This document shows, one piece after another, positions 1 to 10,597 of a stretch of DNA of 64,000 nucleotides. Position 1 is the first letter of the stretch, and each line of letters begins with the position of its first letter. Location of the stretch: NCBI GenBank assembly GCA_965197745.1, contig CBDANS010000007.1:736001-800000 (forward strand). The letters run 5' to 3'. The stretch is from Opitutales bacterium. GTDB lineage: Bacteria; Verrucomicrobiota; Verrucomicrobiia; Opitutales; PNEW01. The notes under the pieces were generated by a model, which was not told the DNA's origin, ran no database searches, and saw nothing but the letters and a program-made list of their open reading frames with translations. Made by a program: the position numbers and the translations under genes.

Positions 1-1717
1 ACTCCCGTGCAATTTTTGACCATCCGATAAGAAGATCAATACGCGCGAGCACTTCTGCCGTATCCTTGAGCCTATCGACTTTTGCCAACACTTGTGCCAC
101 GAGATCACGGAAGAGAACTTCCTCGCGGGCGATAGATTTTTCTTCTGCATGGAGAATTTCTTTCTCTCTTTCTTTGAGCTCAGGCGTATAGTATCGCTCG
201 GCATTGGTCATCGTCTGCTTGCGGATATAATTGTCCGGAACCAGATGAAGATTAGACTTTGTTATTTCGATAAAATAACCGAATGCATTATTGTATTTAA
301 TCCGCAGATTCCTGATTCCACTTCTTTTCTGTTCACTATTTTCCAGTTCACTAATCCATGTTTTATTGTCTTTTGAGAGGTGACGCACACGGTCAAGTTC
401 GTCATCATAATTGTCTCGGATATAATTACCTTCCTGTATTTGATTGGGCAGGGTTTCTACTAAAGCTCTGTCAAGGAGATCGCGTAAATCCGGAAAATCT
501 TCCACTTTTTTACCTAAATCAGACACTCCCGGTTCATTAAATTGCTGAATTACTTCTATAATGAAGGGGAGTTGTTTTAAGGTATCGCGAATTCCACCCA
601 GTTCGCGGGGGTTACGCAAACGGTTCTGCAGTCGCCCGAGAATACGCGCGACATCACGAACACATCTGAGGTATTCATGTAGCTCGGAAGCCAGCCCCGG
701 TACTTCGAGAAATTCCCCTACACAGCGTTGACGACTTTTTATTTCATTCAGATCGAGAGTGGGCTCCGCCAGGTATTGCTCCAGCAGTCTTGCGCCGGCA
801 GCAGTAACCGTGGCGTCCATAACAGCTAGTAGTGATCCATCGCGAAAATTATTAGTGGTTCGAAATATTTCCAGATTTCGCAAGGTAGCGGGATCAAGGA
901 GTAGCGTGCGGGTGCTGTGGTATTCACTAATCCGGTTTAAATTTTCGGGTTTGGCGCAAAGATTTTCTGTAGCATAGGTGACAATGGCACCGGCGCTTCC
1001 GAGTGCCGGGTGATCCTGGTTTATGCCAAAACCTTCGAGATTAAGAACCCCTAACGTTTCCATAATGGTCTTCGCACCCGTGGATTGTTCAAAATGATAA
1101 TCTGGCAGTTCATTTACCGGTCGTCCCTGGCTGAAATTTTTTAAAGGTTCGAGCCATGGCATGAGATGGTCTTTCTCTGCCCAGGTACGGTGACAGCTCT
1201 CAGAAATTATTATTTCGCGGGGATCGATACTCGAGAACAGGGGCAACAGATTTTCCGGATTTTGGTCAGAAGCAATTTGGAAATCGCCCGTCGTTAAATC
1301 CAACCACGCCGCGTGGATGGAGTCATAAGAAAACTCGACGGCTAGCAAGTAATGATTTTTTCGCGCATCGATCTGGTGGTCTTCAAGGGTAGTGCCGGGG
1401 GTAAGTATTCGGGTCAGGGCGCGTTTTACAATTTTTCCCGGCTGCGGGGATTCCATCTGATCGCAGATGGCCACTTTTTTCCCCGCGGCGAGCAGCTTCC
1501 CAACATAATTGTCTGCCGCGTGATAGGGAATACCGGCCATAGGCAGACTGTTTCGAGCCGTAAGTGTGATACCGAGAATCTCAGATCCAATTTTGGCATC
1601 TTCGTTAAACATTTCGTAAAAATCCCCTAATCGAAAAAGGAGTACGGTGTTGGGGGGCAGATTCTCGCGAACCTCCAGGTATTGCCGCATCATCGGGGTA
1701 AGTGCCTTTTTCACCAT
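1..1717 (-). CDS. mutS: DNA mismatch repair protein MutS, 5' part; continues past window start
   Basis: Not in ORF track (no stop in window). Manual translation from ATG at 1717 gives MVKKALTPMMRQYLEVRENLPPNTVLLFRLGDFYEMF...PMAGIPYHA, the MutS domain I signature. Confidence 0.95.
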   Translation of the reverse strand, partial: MVKKALTPMMRQYLEVRENLPPNTVLLFRLGDFYEMFNEDAKIGSEILGITLTARNSLPMAGIPYHAADNYVGKLLAAGKKVAICDQMESPQPGKIVKRALTRILTPGTTLEDHQIDARKNHYLLAVEFSYDSIHAAWLDLTTGDFQIASDQNPENLLPLFSSIDPREIIISESCHRTWAEKDHLMPWLEPLKNFSQGRPVNELPDYHFEQSTGAKTIMETLGVLNLEGFGINQDHPALGSAGAIVTYATENLCAKPENLNRISEYHSTRTLLLDPATLRNLEIFRTTNNFRDGSLLAVMDATVTAAGARLLEQYLAEPTLDLNEIKSRQRCVGEFLEVPGLASELHEYLRCVRDVARILGRLQNRLRNPRELGGIRDTLKQLPFIIEVIQQFNEPGVSDLGKKVEDFPDLRDLLDRALVETLPNQIQEGNYIRDNYDDELDRVRHLSKDNKTWISELENSEQKRSGIRNLRIKYNNAFGYFIEITKSNLHLVPDNYIRKQTMTNAERYYTPELKEREKEILHAEEKSIAREEVLFRDLVAQVLAKVDRLKDTAEVLARIDLLIGWSKIARE

Positions 1718-1993
1718 ACTTTTTCTAAATAAAGAGTCAATATGTCAAAAGGTCAAAAAGTCAAAAGGTCAAAAGAAGGAATGCGATTATGCGAAAATGC
1801 GGGTTAGCGGTCCAAGCGTATCTAGACTGAGTAGATTCAACTCTCATCATTAAACTCACATTAACCTGAGCATTGTCGAGGGAACCATAGCGGCAAACCC
1901 TGAAACCTGACTCTTAAAACAGAAAATCCTTAGATTATCTCCCTTTCGAACTTTGACTCTATCTCCAATTCCTATCAGTATTCCTGTACTGTT

Positions 1994-2821
1994 ATGGAAT
2001 CACCAGTGGCATATCGCTATTTTGGGGGAGAAGGTAACCCTCCGCTTGTTATTCTTCATGGTTTATTAGGCTCCTCAAGAAATTGGCAAAGCGTAGGCAA
2101 AGCTCTGGTTAATGACTATGAAGTCTTTGCTCTCGACTTGCGCAATCACGGTAATTCCCCGCATACCGAAGCTATGACCTTTACCGGTTTAGTGGATGAC
2201 CTTCAAGACTGGCTTAATTGTCAGGGATTAAAGGAGGTTAACATTATGGGGCACAGCCTGGGGGGGAAAGTGGCGATGGCCTTTGCCTGTCAGTACGCTG
2301 ATCGAGTAGCCACCCTGCTGATTATCGATATTGCACCGAAAAACTATCCACCACATCATGATCATACATTCGATGCGATGAACGGATTGGATCTAGAGAA
2401 TCTCCAGAGCAGGGCAGATGCTGATAGGGAACTGGAGTCTGATATCTCAGATTTGGCGTTACGCCAATTTCTACTTACCAACTTGAAAAAAGATCCTGAT
2501 GGAGGACATCGCTGGCAGGTGAACCTGCCCGTCCTTACTGAGAGTTTACCGACACTTTCGTTAAACCCACTCGATTTAGCAGACCGGTATTTTGGCCCCA
2601 CACTTTTTATTCGCGGGGCACATTCTGATTATGTTTCGGAACAGGATATCCCAACGCTTAAGCGCCATTTTCCACAAAATGTCATGGTCACTTTAGAAAA
2701 TACCATGCACAATCCCCACCAGAGCAATCCAGATGCATTTATTACCTGCCTCACCGAGTTCAGGGCATTCCTCAGTCGAAGTGACAGCGCCTGGGAACCC
2801 GGCGGCACATGCACATCCTGA
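1994..2821 (+). CDS. Alpha/beta-fold hydrolase (YbfF-like esterase)
   Basis: HGLLGS, DLRNHG and GHSLGG nucleophile motifs. Confidence 0.9.
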   Translation: MESPVAYRYFGGEGNPPLVILHGLLGSSRNWQSVGKALVNDYEVFALDLRNHGNSPHTEAMTFTGLVDDLQDWLNCQGLKEVNIMGHSLGGKVAMAFACQYADRVATLLIIDIAPKNYPPHHDHTFDAMNGLDLENLQSRADADRELESDISDLALRQFLLTNLKKDPDGGHRWQVNLPVLTESLPTLSLNPLDLADRYFGPTLFIRGAHSDYVSEQDIPTLKRHFPQNVMVTLENTMHNPHQSNPDAFITCLTEFRAFLSRSDSAWEPGGTCTS

Positions 2822-2874
2822 GCGTCGCAAATGCGGACATAGACAAAGATTATGGATAATCACCATACAATGAA

Positions 2875-3107
2875 TCTTCGTCTTCGTCTGCCTCCTCGTC
2901 TTCGTCCTTATTTACCCTAATTACTAAATAATTAGGGTTATTAAATCTTAGACTATATATCATACTTCCCAACGGACGCGATCAGCCGTCGCCCCGCAAC
3001 CGCGGGGCTATGGCCGACAGGCTTTACGCGTCCCTCCATATTATTTTTGTGATTTTTATGGCTATTTAATGGGAGGACCAAGACGCAGACGATGACGAAG
3101 ACGACGA
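2875..3107. repeat. Inverted hexamer-repeat arms (TCTTCG-type / CGAAGA-type) enclosing a REP-like hairpin with a mini-insert
   Basis: Left arm 2875-2908, right arm 3074-3107; related arms at 6516-6543/6727-6742. Confidence 0.75.
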
Positions 3108-3160
3108 TTATAGGCATATCGCCATACAATGAAGCTTCATCTGCGTCCTCTTAAATATAT

Positions 3161-3359
3161 CACCCTGGAGGGGTGACACAATCATAGCCCACAGCGTAAG
3201 CTGTGGGAAATAATATACGAAAAATTAAGCCCCAGCGGGGCGACACAAATTGACAGATAATCCGGTTTGTGTCGCCCCGCTGGGGCTCTAAAATTGGGTT
3301 GCCATCACCTTACCCATTGCTTGCGCAATGGGCTAATTATGTTACGCCCCTCCGGGGCT
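3161..3359. repeat. ~200-bp multi-hairpin REP/MITE-like doublet, copy 1
   Basis: Near-identical to 6270-6470 and 60985-61183; the two halves are imperfect inverted copies. Confidence 0.85.
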
Positions 3360-3417
3360 AATAGAAAGCCGAAGATTATCGTATATTATCATACCCCTCT
3401 ACCTGCCGGAAAGCTGG

Positions 3418-4356
3418 CTAGCGCGACCAGATTCGCAGGGAATTCAGAAAGAAATACTCCATTGCTGCACCCTCATTAAGGTTTACTTCAAGCAGGCCTG
3501 CACATTGCTCGAGATTCGAAACCGCCTGAGCAAATTGATAAACAAGAAATTCTTGTGTTTCTTTAGCTGAATGGACGACAAAATGCCTTGTTTGTATTTC
3601 CAGTTCAGTAATCAATTGTTTTCGAATGCTTTTTTGCATCCCTACTTTATAAGCTTCTTTTTCCTCCTCGTCCAAATGGTCGGGCATGACTGATTTCTCA
3701 TTATTCCAGATGGTCTCGGTGTATGTTTTGATTATACTTTGGTAACGCGTCACTAACCCGTAAGTGGCTAATACTAATTCTGCTTTATCTTGAGCTGTTT
3801 CCACGCCATCGTTCAGTCCCTTCAACCATTTTCGATAATCTTCTATCCAGGATTGCCATTCGGGGTCTTCAATAAGGATTAATTGGGAGGGTAGGTGGAA
3901 ATTAAAACAGCGGCTGCGAATAGTATCGAGAAGGGCGTAAGGACGGGTCGATAATAAAATAATCGTTGTATTGGCGGGGGGTTCTTCCAGGGTTTTCAGG
4001 AATGCGTTGGCGGACTCACGGTTCATTCTGTCAGCATCGTAGACAAGCGCTACTTTATTATTACTTAGACGAGGCGTATGTTGAATCCGGCGATTAAGTT
4101 CCCGTGTTTCTCCTATCCTGATTTGTCTCGCTTTGTGAGAGGGTCGCAGAGTGAAAAAATCCGGATGCGCACTGGCTTGATTGGACGATTCAAGTAAGGT
4201 CGAAGCCAGCGCCAACCCGACTTCTTCAAGGGTCTCGCTATTTTTTCCATGAAGAAGGATCCCGTGCGCAAGACGACCTTTCTTGATTGAACGGTCGAGA
4301 ACCTTTACGGGACGGCTATGGCACAGTGGCTCAGATAAAGCGTCCGCTAAGCTCAT
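3418..4356 (-). CDS. holB: DNA polymerase III delta-prime subunit
   Basis: HPDF, ANAFLKTLEEPP and TIRSRC motifs; overlaps tmk. Confidence 0.9.
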   Translation of the reverse strand: MSLADALSEPLCHSRPVKVLDRSIKKGRLAHGILLHGKNSETLEEVGLALASTLLESSNQASAHPDFFTLRPSHKARQIRIGETRELNRRIQHTPRLSNNKVALVYDADRMNRESANAFLKTLEEPPANTTIILLSTRPYALLDTIRSRCFNFHLPSQLILIEDPEWQSWIEDYRKWLKGLNDGVETAQDKAELVLATYGLVTRYQSIIKTYTETIWNNEKSVMPDHLDEEEKEAYKVGMQKSIRKQLITELEIQTRHFVVHSAKETQEFLVYQFAQAVSNLEQCAGLLEVNLNEGAAMEYFFLNSLRIWSR

Positions 4357-4972
4357 CCCAGATTATTACCTCCAGTTCTCTTGCGGGCATGGTTCCATCA
4401 ACGACCACAAATCTTTCTGGCATGGCTTTTGCGAGCATCAAGTAACCCTCCCGCACTTTGTGATAAAAATCGATATTTTCCTCTTCCATGCGATCCGGAA
4501 GGTCGGATACCCGTTTTTTAATACGTTGAAGGCCAATTTCCGCGGGCACATCAAGGACTATCGTGATATTAGGCATCAGATTGCCGATGGCAAAAGTGTT
4601 AATGACGTGAACCGGTTCTGCTGAGATCTGCCTGCCAACTCCCTGGTAGACTGTCGTGGAATCAAGAAACCGGTCACAAAGAATAATTTTCCCCAAATCC
4701 AAATTTGGGATGATTACTTCGCGCACGAGTTGTGCACGGCTCGCGGCAAAAAGTAAGAGTTCGGTTTCAGGGCAGAAATTACTGTTTGGAGATGCATGCT
4801 TGAGAAGGTGACGTATTTCTTCACCCACCTCTGTCCCTCCGGGTTCGCGCGTAACAACAACTTCATGCCCTGCATCCTGAAAGCGATCTGCGATCCGGCC
4901 GATTTGGGTGGTTTTACCACTACCTTCTGAACCTTCAAATGAAATGAGCACACCGCTTTTTGAATCTTCCAT
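4331..4972 (-). CDS. tmk: Thymidylate kinase
   Basis: FEGSEGSGKTTQ, TREPGGT, CDRF...YQG. Confidence 0.97.
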   Translation of the reverse strand: MEDSKSGVLISFEGSEGSGKTTQIGRIADRFQDAGHEVVVTREPGGTEVGEEIRHLLKHASPNSNFCPETELLLFAASRAQLVREVIIPNLDLGKIILCDRFLDSTTVYQGVGRQISAEPVHVINTFAIGNLMPNITIVLDVPAEIGLQRIKKRVSDLPDRMEEENIDFYHKVREGYLMLAKAMPERFVVVDGTMPARELEVIIWDELSGRFI

Positions 4973-4977
4973 GGCTT

Positions 4978-6090
4978 TTAATTCCAGTTGCGAATATAAT
5001 TATCAATTTCGAATAGAGTAGGGCTAGTTGCCGTCCCCACATAATGACTGGAAAATGCCACGGCCAAAGTAAGACAAGCGAGAGGGCTCATGCCAAGGAT
5101 TAATCCCGTGGTAAATCCAGCATTAAAATGGTCACCGGCTCCTGTGGTTATTTTTGGAGTGTCGGTAGTGTGACCCTCAATCCACCATGCATCATCTTTC
5201 GTCGCACAGGTTGCAGATTCAACAGGATGAATAACGACGCAATGAATCTTTAGCTCCTTTCTGATATTGGACGCCATTTTCTTAAGTCCCTTGGCATCGG
5301 CATCGACACTTTTCTTGCCCATTACTTTATAAACACGTTGTGCTTCTTTAAAATTGAGCCCCAGACACACATTTCCATGACTGCGGAATTTAGATATGAT
5401 CGAGAGAACCACCTTGATATCGCCATCAGAGCGTTTCTCCGGATCGGAAAGATCGAAGAAAAACTGACGTCCGTCGTGAGGAGGAAGATTGGGCAGAACC
5501 TTTTCGAGCAATGATGCAAATAGGGCCGTCATGTTCGGGATCATCGTCCAGTTTAACAGGGCGATGAGATCCGCTTTAGAAAGGGCATCAAACAATGCGC
5601 CTTCGCCCAGGGTATTGACAATATTTTCATAAGTCAGTTCATCGAAGCCCGAGGTATCATTGAGCATGATTTTACCGTCCGAAAATTCCAGGGCCATCGT
5701 AATTCCATGATTACCGACAGACCCGCCTTCAGCCTGTTCGGCGAATTCTTTGAAAACCGGGTGGATGTTCGGTTTTCCTAACGCCCCAAGATATTTAACA
5801 TGCATTCCTGTAGCGAGCAATGCATTTGCCATGATTGGACCGTTTCCGCCAATCTTCTCCATTTTTTGGTATAGTTCGATGTTGGTGCTCTTACCTGCGG
5901 CATCACTTATCCGGGTTCCCAAGGCATCGATCGTTTCAATCGGCCTAAAATTTTCACCGGACCCGGTACGTTGATCTACAACCTTCATGATCTTGTCGAC
6001 AAAGCCGTCAAATCCGACGAGAGCATTTTTCGAACTGATCACACCGCTTTTTTTTTCAAGCTCTTCTAATGTTTTTTGCTTAAAATCCAT
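4978..6090 (-). CDS. PfkB/ribokinase-family carbohydrate kinase
   Basis: GGNGPIMA near N-terminus; C-terminal TTGAGDHFNAGF. Confidence 0.8.
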   Translation of the reverse strand: MDFKQKTLEELEKKSGVISSKNALVGFDGFVDKIMKVVDQRTGSGENFRPIETIDALGTRISDAAGKSTNIELYQKMEKIGGNGPIMANALLATGMHVKYLGALGKPNIHPVFKEFAEQAEGGSVGNHGITMALEFSDGKIMLNDTSGFDELTYENIVNTLGEGALFDALSKADLIALLNWTMIPNMTALFASLLEKVLPNLPPHDGRQFFFDLSDPEKRSDGDIKVVLSIISKFRSHGNVCLGLNFKEAQRVYKVMGKKSVDADAKGLKKMASNIRKELKIHCVVIHPVESATCATKDDAWWIEGHTTDTPKITTGAGDHFNAGFTTGLILGMSPLACLTLAVAFSSHYVGTATSPTLFEIDNYIRNWN

Positions 6091-6269
6091 TTATCTACAA
6101 TTTTCAATTGACAATGAAAACACCACGCCAAAATACGGCAACTTAATTCCATTAGCCGGGGTTAATAACTCCTGGCAAATTGCCAATGCGCGTCAGGGGT
6201 GTTAATAGTGAGTTGTTAATCCCATACCCCTAACGCTGCGTCTTTATCGGCGTGTTCATCCAATGATTT

Positions 6270-6470
6270 CACCCCGGAGGGGTGACACAATCATAGCCCA
6301 CAGCGTAAGCTGTGGGAAATAATTAACGAAAAAAATAAGCCCCAGCGGGGCGACACAAACCGGATTGACAGTCTAATTGTGTCGCCCTTCCGGGGCTCTG
6401 AAAATGGGTGGTACATCACCATACCCATTGCTTGTGCAATGGGCTAAATATGTATCGCCCCGCTGGGGCT
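6270..6470. repeat. ~200-bp multi-hairpin REP/MITE-like doublet, copy 2
   Basis: Aligns with 3161-3359. Confidence 0.85.
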
Positions 6471-6894
6471 TTTTGTAATGCGGGCTCGGGCTTATTGTTA
6501 TACATTTCAGCTTAGTCTTCGTCTGCCTCCTCGTCTTCGTCCTCTTTTCCCTCAATTACCTAATCGCAAGTGGTATTAAATCTAAGTCAGTATTCCAAAC
6601 TTCCCAGCGGCCACGACGATGCGTGGCCCTCCAGAAAAAGAACAAATGGAGGTGGGATGGCAACGTTATGCCTGTCGGCCATAGTCCCGCCACCGCGGAA
6701 CGACGGCTGATGGCTATCTGAATCCAAGGACGAAGACGAAGATTATAGGTAATGATCAAACCATTGTTTGCGCAATGGGCCAATTATGTATCGCTCCTCC
6801 GGGGTTGGGGCGTTATGGTATTGTTTCTTAAGATTGAACTGTTATATCATTTAATGTAACTGTTTAAGTATTATCATAACTCAATATATAGAGT

Positions 6895-7611
6895 ATGCTC
6901 ATAAATAATTTGTTTATTTCATCGGGGATATTAGGAGCGCTTCCCAATGTATTCACCTATTTCAGCCAATCGAATACAGCGGGTAAAGTCATTGTTATTG
7001 CGCTGCTCCTATTAAGTTTGCTCGCATGGACAGTCATGGTCGGTAAGTATCTCGACCTGCGACGTCTTCGTGATATAAATTTGCATTTACAGAGTGAACT
7101 TAACCGTGCTGACTCTATTTTAAAGATCGATCCTCAGTTGTATACCCGCACGCGCGGGCCCTATGGGGTACTCACTAAGAATGCTATTGATTCATTCTAT
7201 CGGTCAGAGGACAGTTGGAAAAATGATGCCGCCCGCATAAGCCATGTTGAAAACGCGCTTCAGCGATCGGTAGCGGAAGCCACTATTCTCTATGAGTCAA
7301 AAATGGTTTTACTCGGATCTATCGTCTCCGGCGCTCCTTTCCTGGGACTGCTTGGCACCGTGTGGGGGGTGATGGACGCCTTTGGCTCGATTGCTTTGAA
7401 GAGCAGCGCCAGTATTCAAATGCTCGCCCCCGGCGTCTCCGGCGCCTTACTCACCACCGTTGCTGCCCTTCTCGTTGCTATCCCATCCGTTTTCGGCTAT
7501 AATTATCTGCTCACGCAGTCGAAAATAATGGTCACCGAACTGGAGAATTTTGCCAGCTCCCTCGCCGATCACATTGAATTAGAAGCCTTTAATCGAAATG
7601 AAAGTGAGTGA
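6895..7611 (+). CDS. MotA/TolQ/ExbB proton-channel protein
   Basis: APFLGLLGTVWGVM...APGVSGALLTT. Confidence 0.93.
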   Translation: MLINNLFISSGILGALPNVFTYFSQSNTAGKVIVIALLLLSLLAWTVMVGKYLDLRRLRDINLHLQSELNRADSILKIDPQLYTRTRGPYGVLTKNAIDSFYRSEDSWKNDAARISHVENALQRSVAEATILYESKMVLLGSIVSGAPFLGLLGTVWGVMDAFGSIALKSSASIQMLAPGVSGALLTTVAALLVAIPSVFGYNYLLTQSKIMVTELENFASSLADHIELEAFNRNESE

Positions 7612-7795
7612 AAAATTCAAAGAATTTCAATTTTTCAGTGTTAAGTATCAGGTTTTAAGTTTTAAGCAAGTAACTGGATTTTTGATTAATGAGCAGAGTG
7701 TGAGAACAGCAAATATTCAACCTTTGACTTTCGACCTTCGACTTTCGACCTAACACCTTACACTTAACACCTTACACTTAACACCTAAAACTTGC
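7611..7795. repeat. Empty heptamer-arm element between the tolQ- and tolR-like genes
   Basis: Left GTGTTAA GTATCAG GTTTTAA GTTTTAA; right CCTAACA CCTTACA CTTAACA CCTTACA CTTAACA CCTAAAA; also a CTTCGAC-type run at ~7723-7750. Confidence 0.8.
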
Positions 7796-7798
7796 TTA

Positions 7799-8215
7799 AT
7801 GGCCCGCATATTTCATCGTAAGGATCGGCTCAGCGCGATATCGGAAATTAATATAATGCCATTGCTGGATCTCGCATTTGCCTTGCTCATTATATTTATG
7901 ATCACAGCCCCATTGCTTGAACAAAGTATTGAGTTGAACTTACCGTTTGAAGAACAGAAAACACAAACACCGGTTGAGAAAAAACAGTTCTTGACCATAT
8001 CGATTAACAATGAGGGAGATTACTATTGGGGAGATCGTGAAGTAGATGCGTTAATGCTGGGTGAATTACTTGAAGATGCTTCCGCTCAGACAGATAAACC
8101 GGTCATTAACATACGCGCTGACCAACAGCTTTCATACCAGCAGGTGATCACTGTCATCGATATGGTAAAGCAAAACAATTTAACTGAGATCAGCCTCGAT
8201 ACTCAGGTTAAATGA
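7799..8215 (+). CDS. ExbD/TolR family protein
   Basis: EINIMPLLDLAFALLIIFMITAP; IRAD motif. Confidence 0.93.
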   Translation: MARIFHRKDRLSAISEINIMPLLDLAFALLIIFMITAPLLEQSIELNLPFEEQKTQTPVEKKQFLTISINNEGDYYWGDREVDALMLGELLEDASAQTDKPVINIRADQQLSYQQVITVIDMVKQNNLTEISLDTQVK

Positions 8216-8224
8216 AATAGGGAA

Positions 8225-8938
8225 ATGATAATTAATTCTAAAAACGCATTTTACGTTTCAGTGATACTTCATGCCTTATTTTTTCTGGTATTAATCGTGT
8301 GGACATTTCTCAGTTCACTTCGGGCTAAAGAGACCCCCTTTGTTTTTAATATGGTTGCCCCTCCGGTTAATTCATCTTCCCAGGAGAGTATTGATCGCAG
8401 TCAAAGCGAAGAATTCCCCCCCGACCCGAATAGTTCTGAGAGTGAAACATTCCAGCCGGAAATTGAAGAGATTCCGCCTTCTAAATTATCATACAAAGAA
8501 TTTGTTGAGCAGCATGGTGTTCCTGAACGTCAGAAATCGGTTACACCTACCCCAAAAAAAGTAAGGATTGAGGATATAGATACTGAAAATCTGCGGGAGG
8601 AACTGGAAAACGCGCTGGCAAGTGATCGCAGACATGAGGTGAACCTCATGTCACTAGCTGAGCAGGGAGAAATTCAGCGTTATATTTCCGCGCTTAAAAT
8701 GCAGATCAACCATGCCTGGAATAAACCATTACAACTCTCCGGCCGCCAATTTCTCACGACGGTACGCTTTGTCGTATCTCAGGATGGTGAATTATCCGGC
8801 GTTGAGATTACTGATTCGTCTAAAAATGAATTATTCGATAGTTCGGTAGTTGCGGCATTTGATAGAGTAGGGCGTGCCGACCCGCCTCCTGACAATAGTT
8901 ATTACACTTTGATTCTCACTTTTCGCATGATTGAGTAG
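8225..8938 (+). CDS. TolA/TonB-like energy transducer
   Basis: N-terminal TM with SVILH, Pro/Glu-rich linker, TonB_C-like end; follows tolQR-like genes. Confidence 0.8.
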   Translation: MIINSKNAFYVSVILHALFFLVLIVWTFLSSLRAKETPFVFNMVAPPVNSSSQESIDRSQSEEFPPDPNSSESETFQPEIEEIPPSKLSYKEFVEQHGVPERQKSVTPTPKKVRIEDIDTENLREELENALASDRRHEVNLMSLAEQGEIQRYISALKMQINHAWNKPLQLSGRQFLTTVRFVVSQDGELSGVEITDSSKNELFDSSVVAAFDRVGRADPPPDNSYYTLILTFRMIE

Positions 8939-8982
8939 TCTTTATGCCGGAGTACTGCTTATGGCTTAACCCTCGCGGGTGA

Positions 8983-9753
8983 TTGATGATTCGTTTGGCC
9001 CAAGTTAAAATATACCCCAACAAGGGTAAGTTAAAAGAAAACCAGTCCTTGTTGATGGGTGTTCTCCAGGGAGTAAGACAATTTAAACCCGATGTTGTTA
9101 TTGCTCCCGAGTGTTTCCTGGACGGTTATGTTTCAACTGAAGAATATGTGACCAAAGAGAATATTAAAGAATACGCAATTGATCCGGAAGTATCTGAATA
9201 CACGAAGGAAATAGCTGGATGGTCAAAAGACAATAATGCATGGTTTATATATGGCTGCTCCAGACTGACACAAGAAGGGGTATGCAATACCGCTCTTATT
9301 TTTAATCGGGAGGGGAAAATAGTGGGTAATTACGATAAAGTTCACTGTCAAATTCATGACCAGAAATACCTGCCGGGACAGAGTATCCCTGTTTTTCAGT
9401 CTGATTTTGGTTTATTCGGCGTATTGATTTGTGCTGATCGGAGATGGCCTGAAGCGGTGCGCTCGATAGCACTGAAAGGCGCGCGAATAATTTTCAATCC
9501 GACCTATGGGGCGCATGATGATTTAAATAAGCATATGATGCAGACACGGTCCTATGAAAGTGAGATCTTCATTGCTTTTACTCATCCCGGACAATCATTG
9601 GTGACCGGCCCTGAAGGAGAAATATTAAAAAATGAAGAATCTGAGAATGCTGAATTTACGATCACCGAGATCGATCTCAGTGATGCTGACTCCGCGCGTC
9701 AAAAAGGCCTTGCTCATTTAAAAGATCGCCGACCGGAGGTATATTTTAAGTGA
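8983..9753 (+). CDS. Carbon-nitrogen hydrolase (nitrilase superfamily)
   Basis: E-K-C triad: APECF, YDKVH, ICADRRWPE. Confidence 0.92.
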   Translation: MMIRLAQVKIYPNKGKLKENQSLLMGVLQGVRQFKPDVVIAPECFLDGYVSTEEYVTKENIKEYAIDPEVSEYTKEIAGWSKDNNAWFIYGCSRLTQEGVCNTALIFNREGKIVGNYDKVHCQIHDQKYLPGQSIPVFQSDFGLFGVLICADRRWPEAVRSIALKGARIIFNPTYGAHDDLNKHMMQTRSYESEIFIAFTHPGQSLVTGPEGEILKNEESENAEFTITEIDLSDADSARQKGLAHLKDRRPEVYFK

Positions 9754-9825
9754 GTAAAAAGGAGAAAAGCAGGTATTTCTTATCCTGGAGGGACGAGGAC
9801 GAAGGCGTTCCTTCTATCTCACTAT

Positions 9826-10164
9826 TGTCATTGCGAGGGAGGTTATCAGCCGACCGCGGCTACCGAGCGCAGCGACATCTTCCATTCCAGGCGAATAGTC
9901 ATTGTGCTTACGGATTCCAGCTTCCGCTCAGATCTTACTTATGAGGGTGCGTATCATGATTTCTAATTATAAGTAGATAATATTATTAAAACATTCCAGC
10001 GACAGCCGAGGATGAGGATGATCGTGGCCGCTTAAAACATGGGTAACTAATTGTACAATGTAGATCGGCAATTGTATTACTTAGTGAAGCCTTGCATGCA
10101 GGGCCTGTAATTATGCAATAGACATCCCCCTGGATTGCTTCGTCGTTTCACTCCTCGCAATGAC
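9826..10164. repeat. Inverted pair of GTCATTGCGAG-type REP-like units
   Basis: TGTCATTGCGAGG at 9826 and GGATTGCTTCG...CTCGCAATGAC at 10132-10164. Confidence 0.7.
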
Positions 10165-10532
10165 TATAGAGAGTTAGTGAAAAATGGATACGAATATTAT
10201 TATCCATCACTTGCGTAATGGGCTATTTTATATCGCCCTTACGGGGTTTAGAAGAATCGAGTAAATCATCACTCAATGCCTCCTCGTCTTCAATTGCCCC
10301 AATAACTTAAAATATGTTGTATTAAATCCAGTCAATTTCTCGAATTACCCAACGGTCACGGTCAGCCGTCGCCCCGCAACCGCGGGGCTATGGCTGACAA
10401 GTATCGCATTGCCCTCCATTTGAATAAATTCCCATCGGGAAGTGGAGGTTACTTTAAAATATACTTCTCCCGCTTAAACTCGTATACCCATATCCGCGTC
10501 ACCCTTTTTGCATCATCTGACTGCAATCAACG

Positions 10533-10562
10533 AAAAACCCACAGGATGTACCTGTGGGTTTT
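10533..10562 (-). terminator. Intrinsic terminator of hup
   Basis: Hairpin ACCCACAGG-loop-CCTGTGGGT with a T-run on the minus strand, ~35 nt after the stop. Confidence 0.8.
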
Positions 10563-10597
10563 GTTCCCCCTGTTGGTTTTAATTATTGAAAGATTTC

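Noticed and set aside
92..1853. Plus-strand short ORFs
   Set aside because: Antisense shadows of mutS. The same applies to most small ORFs overlapping called genes.
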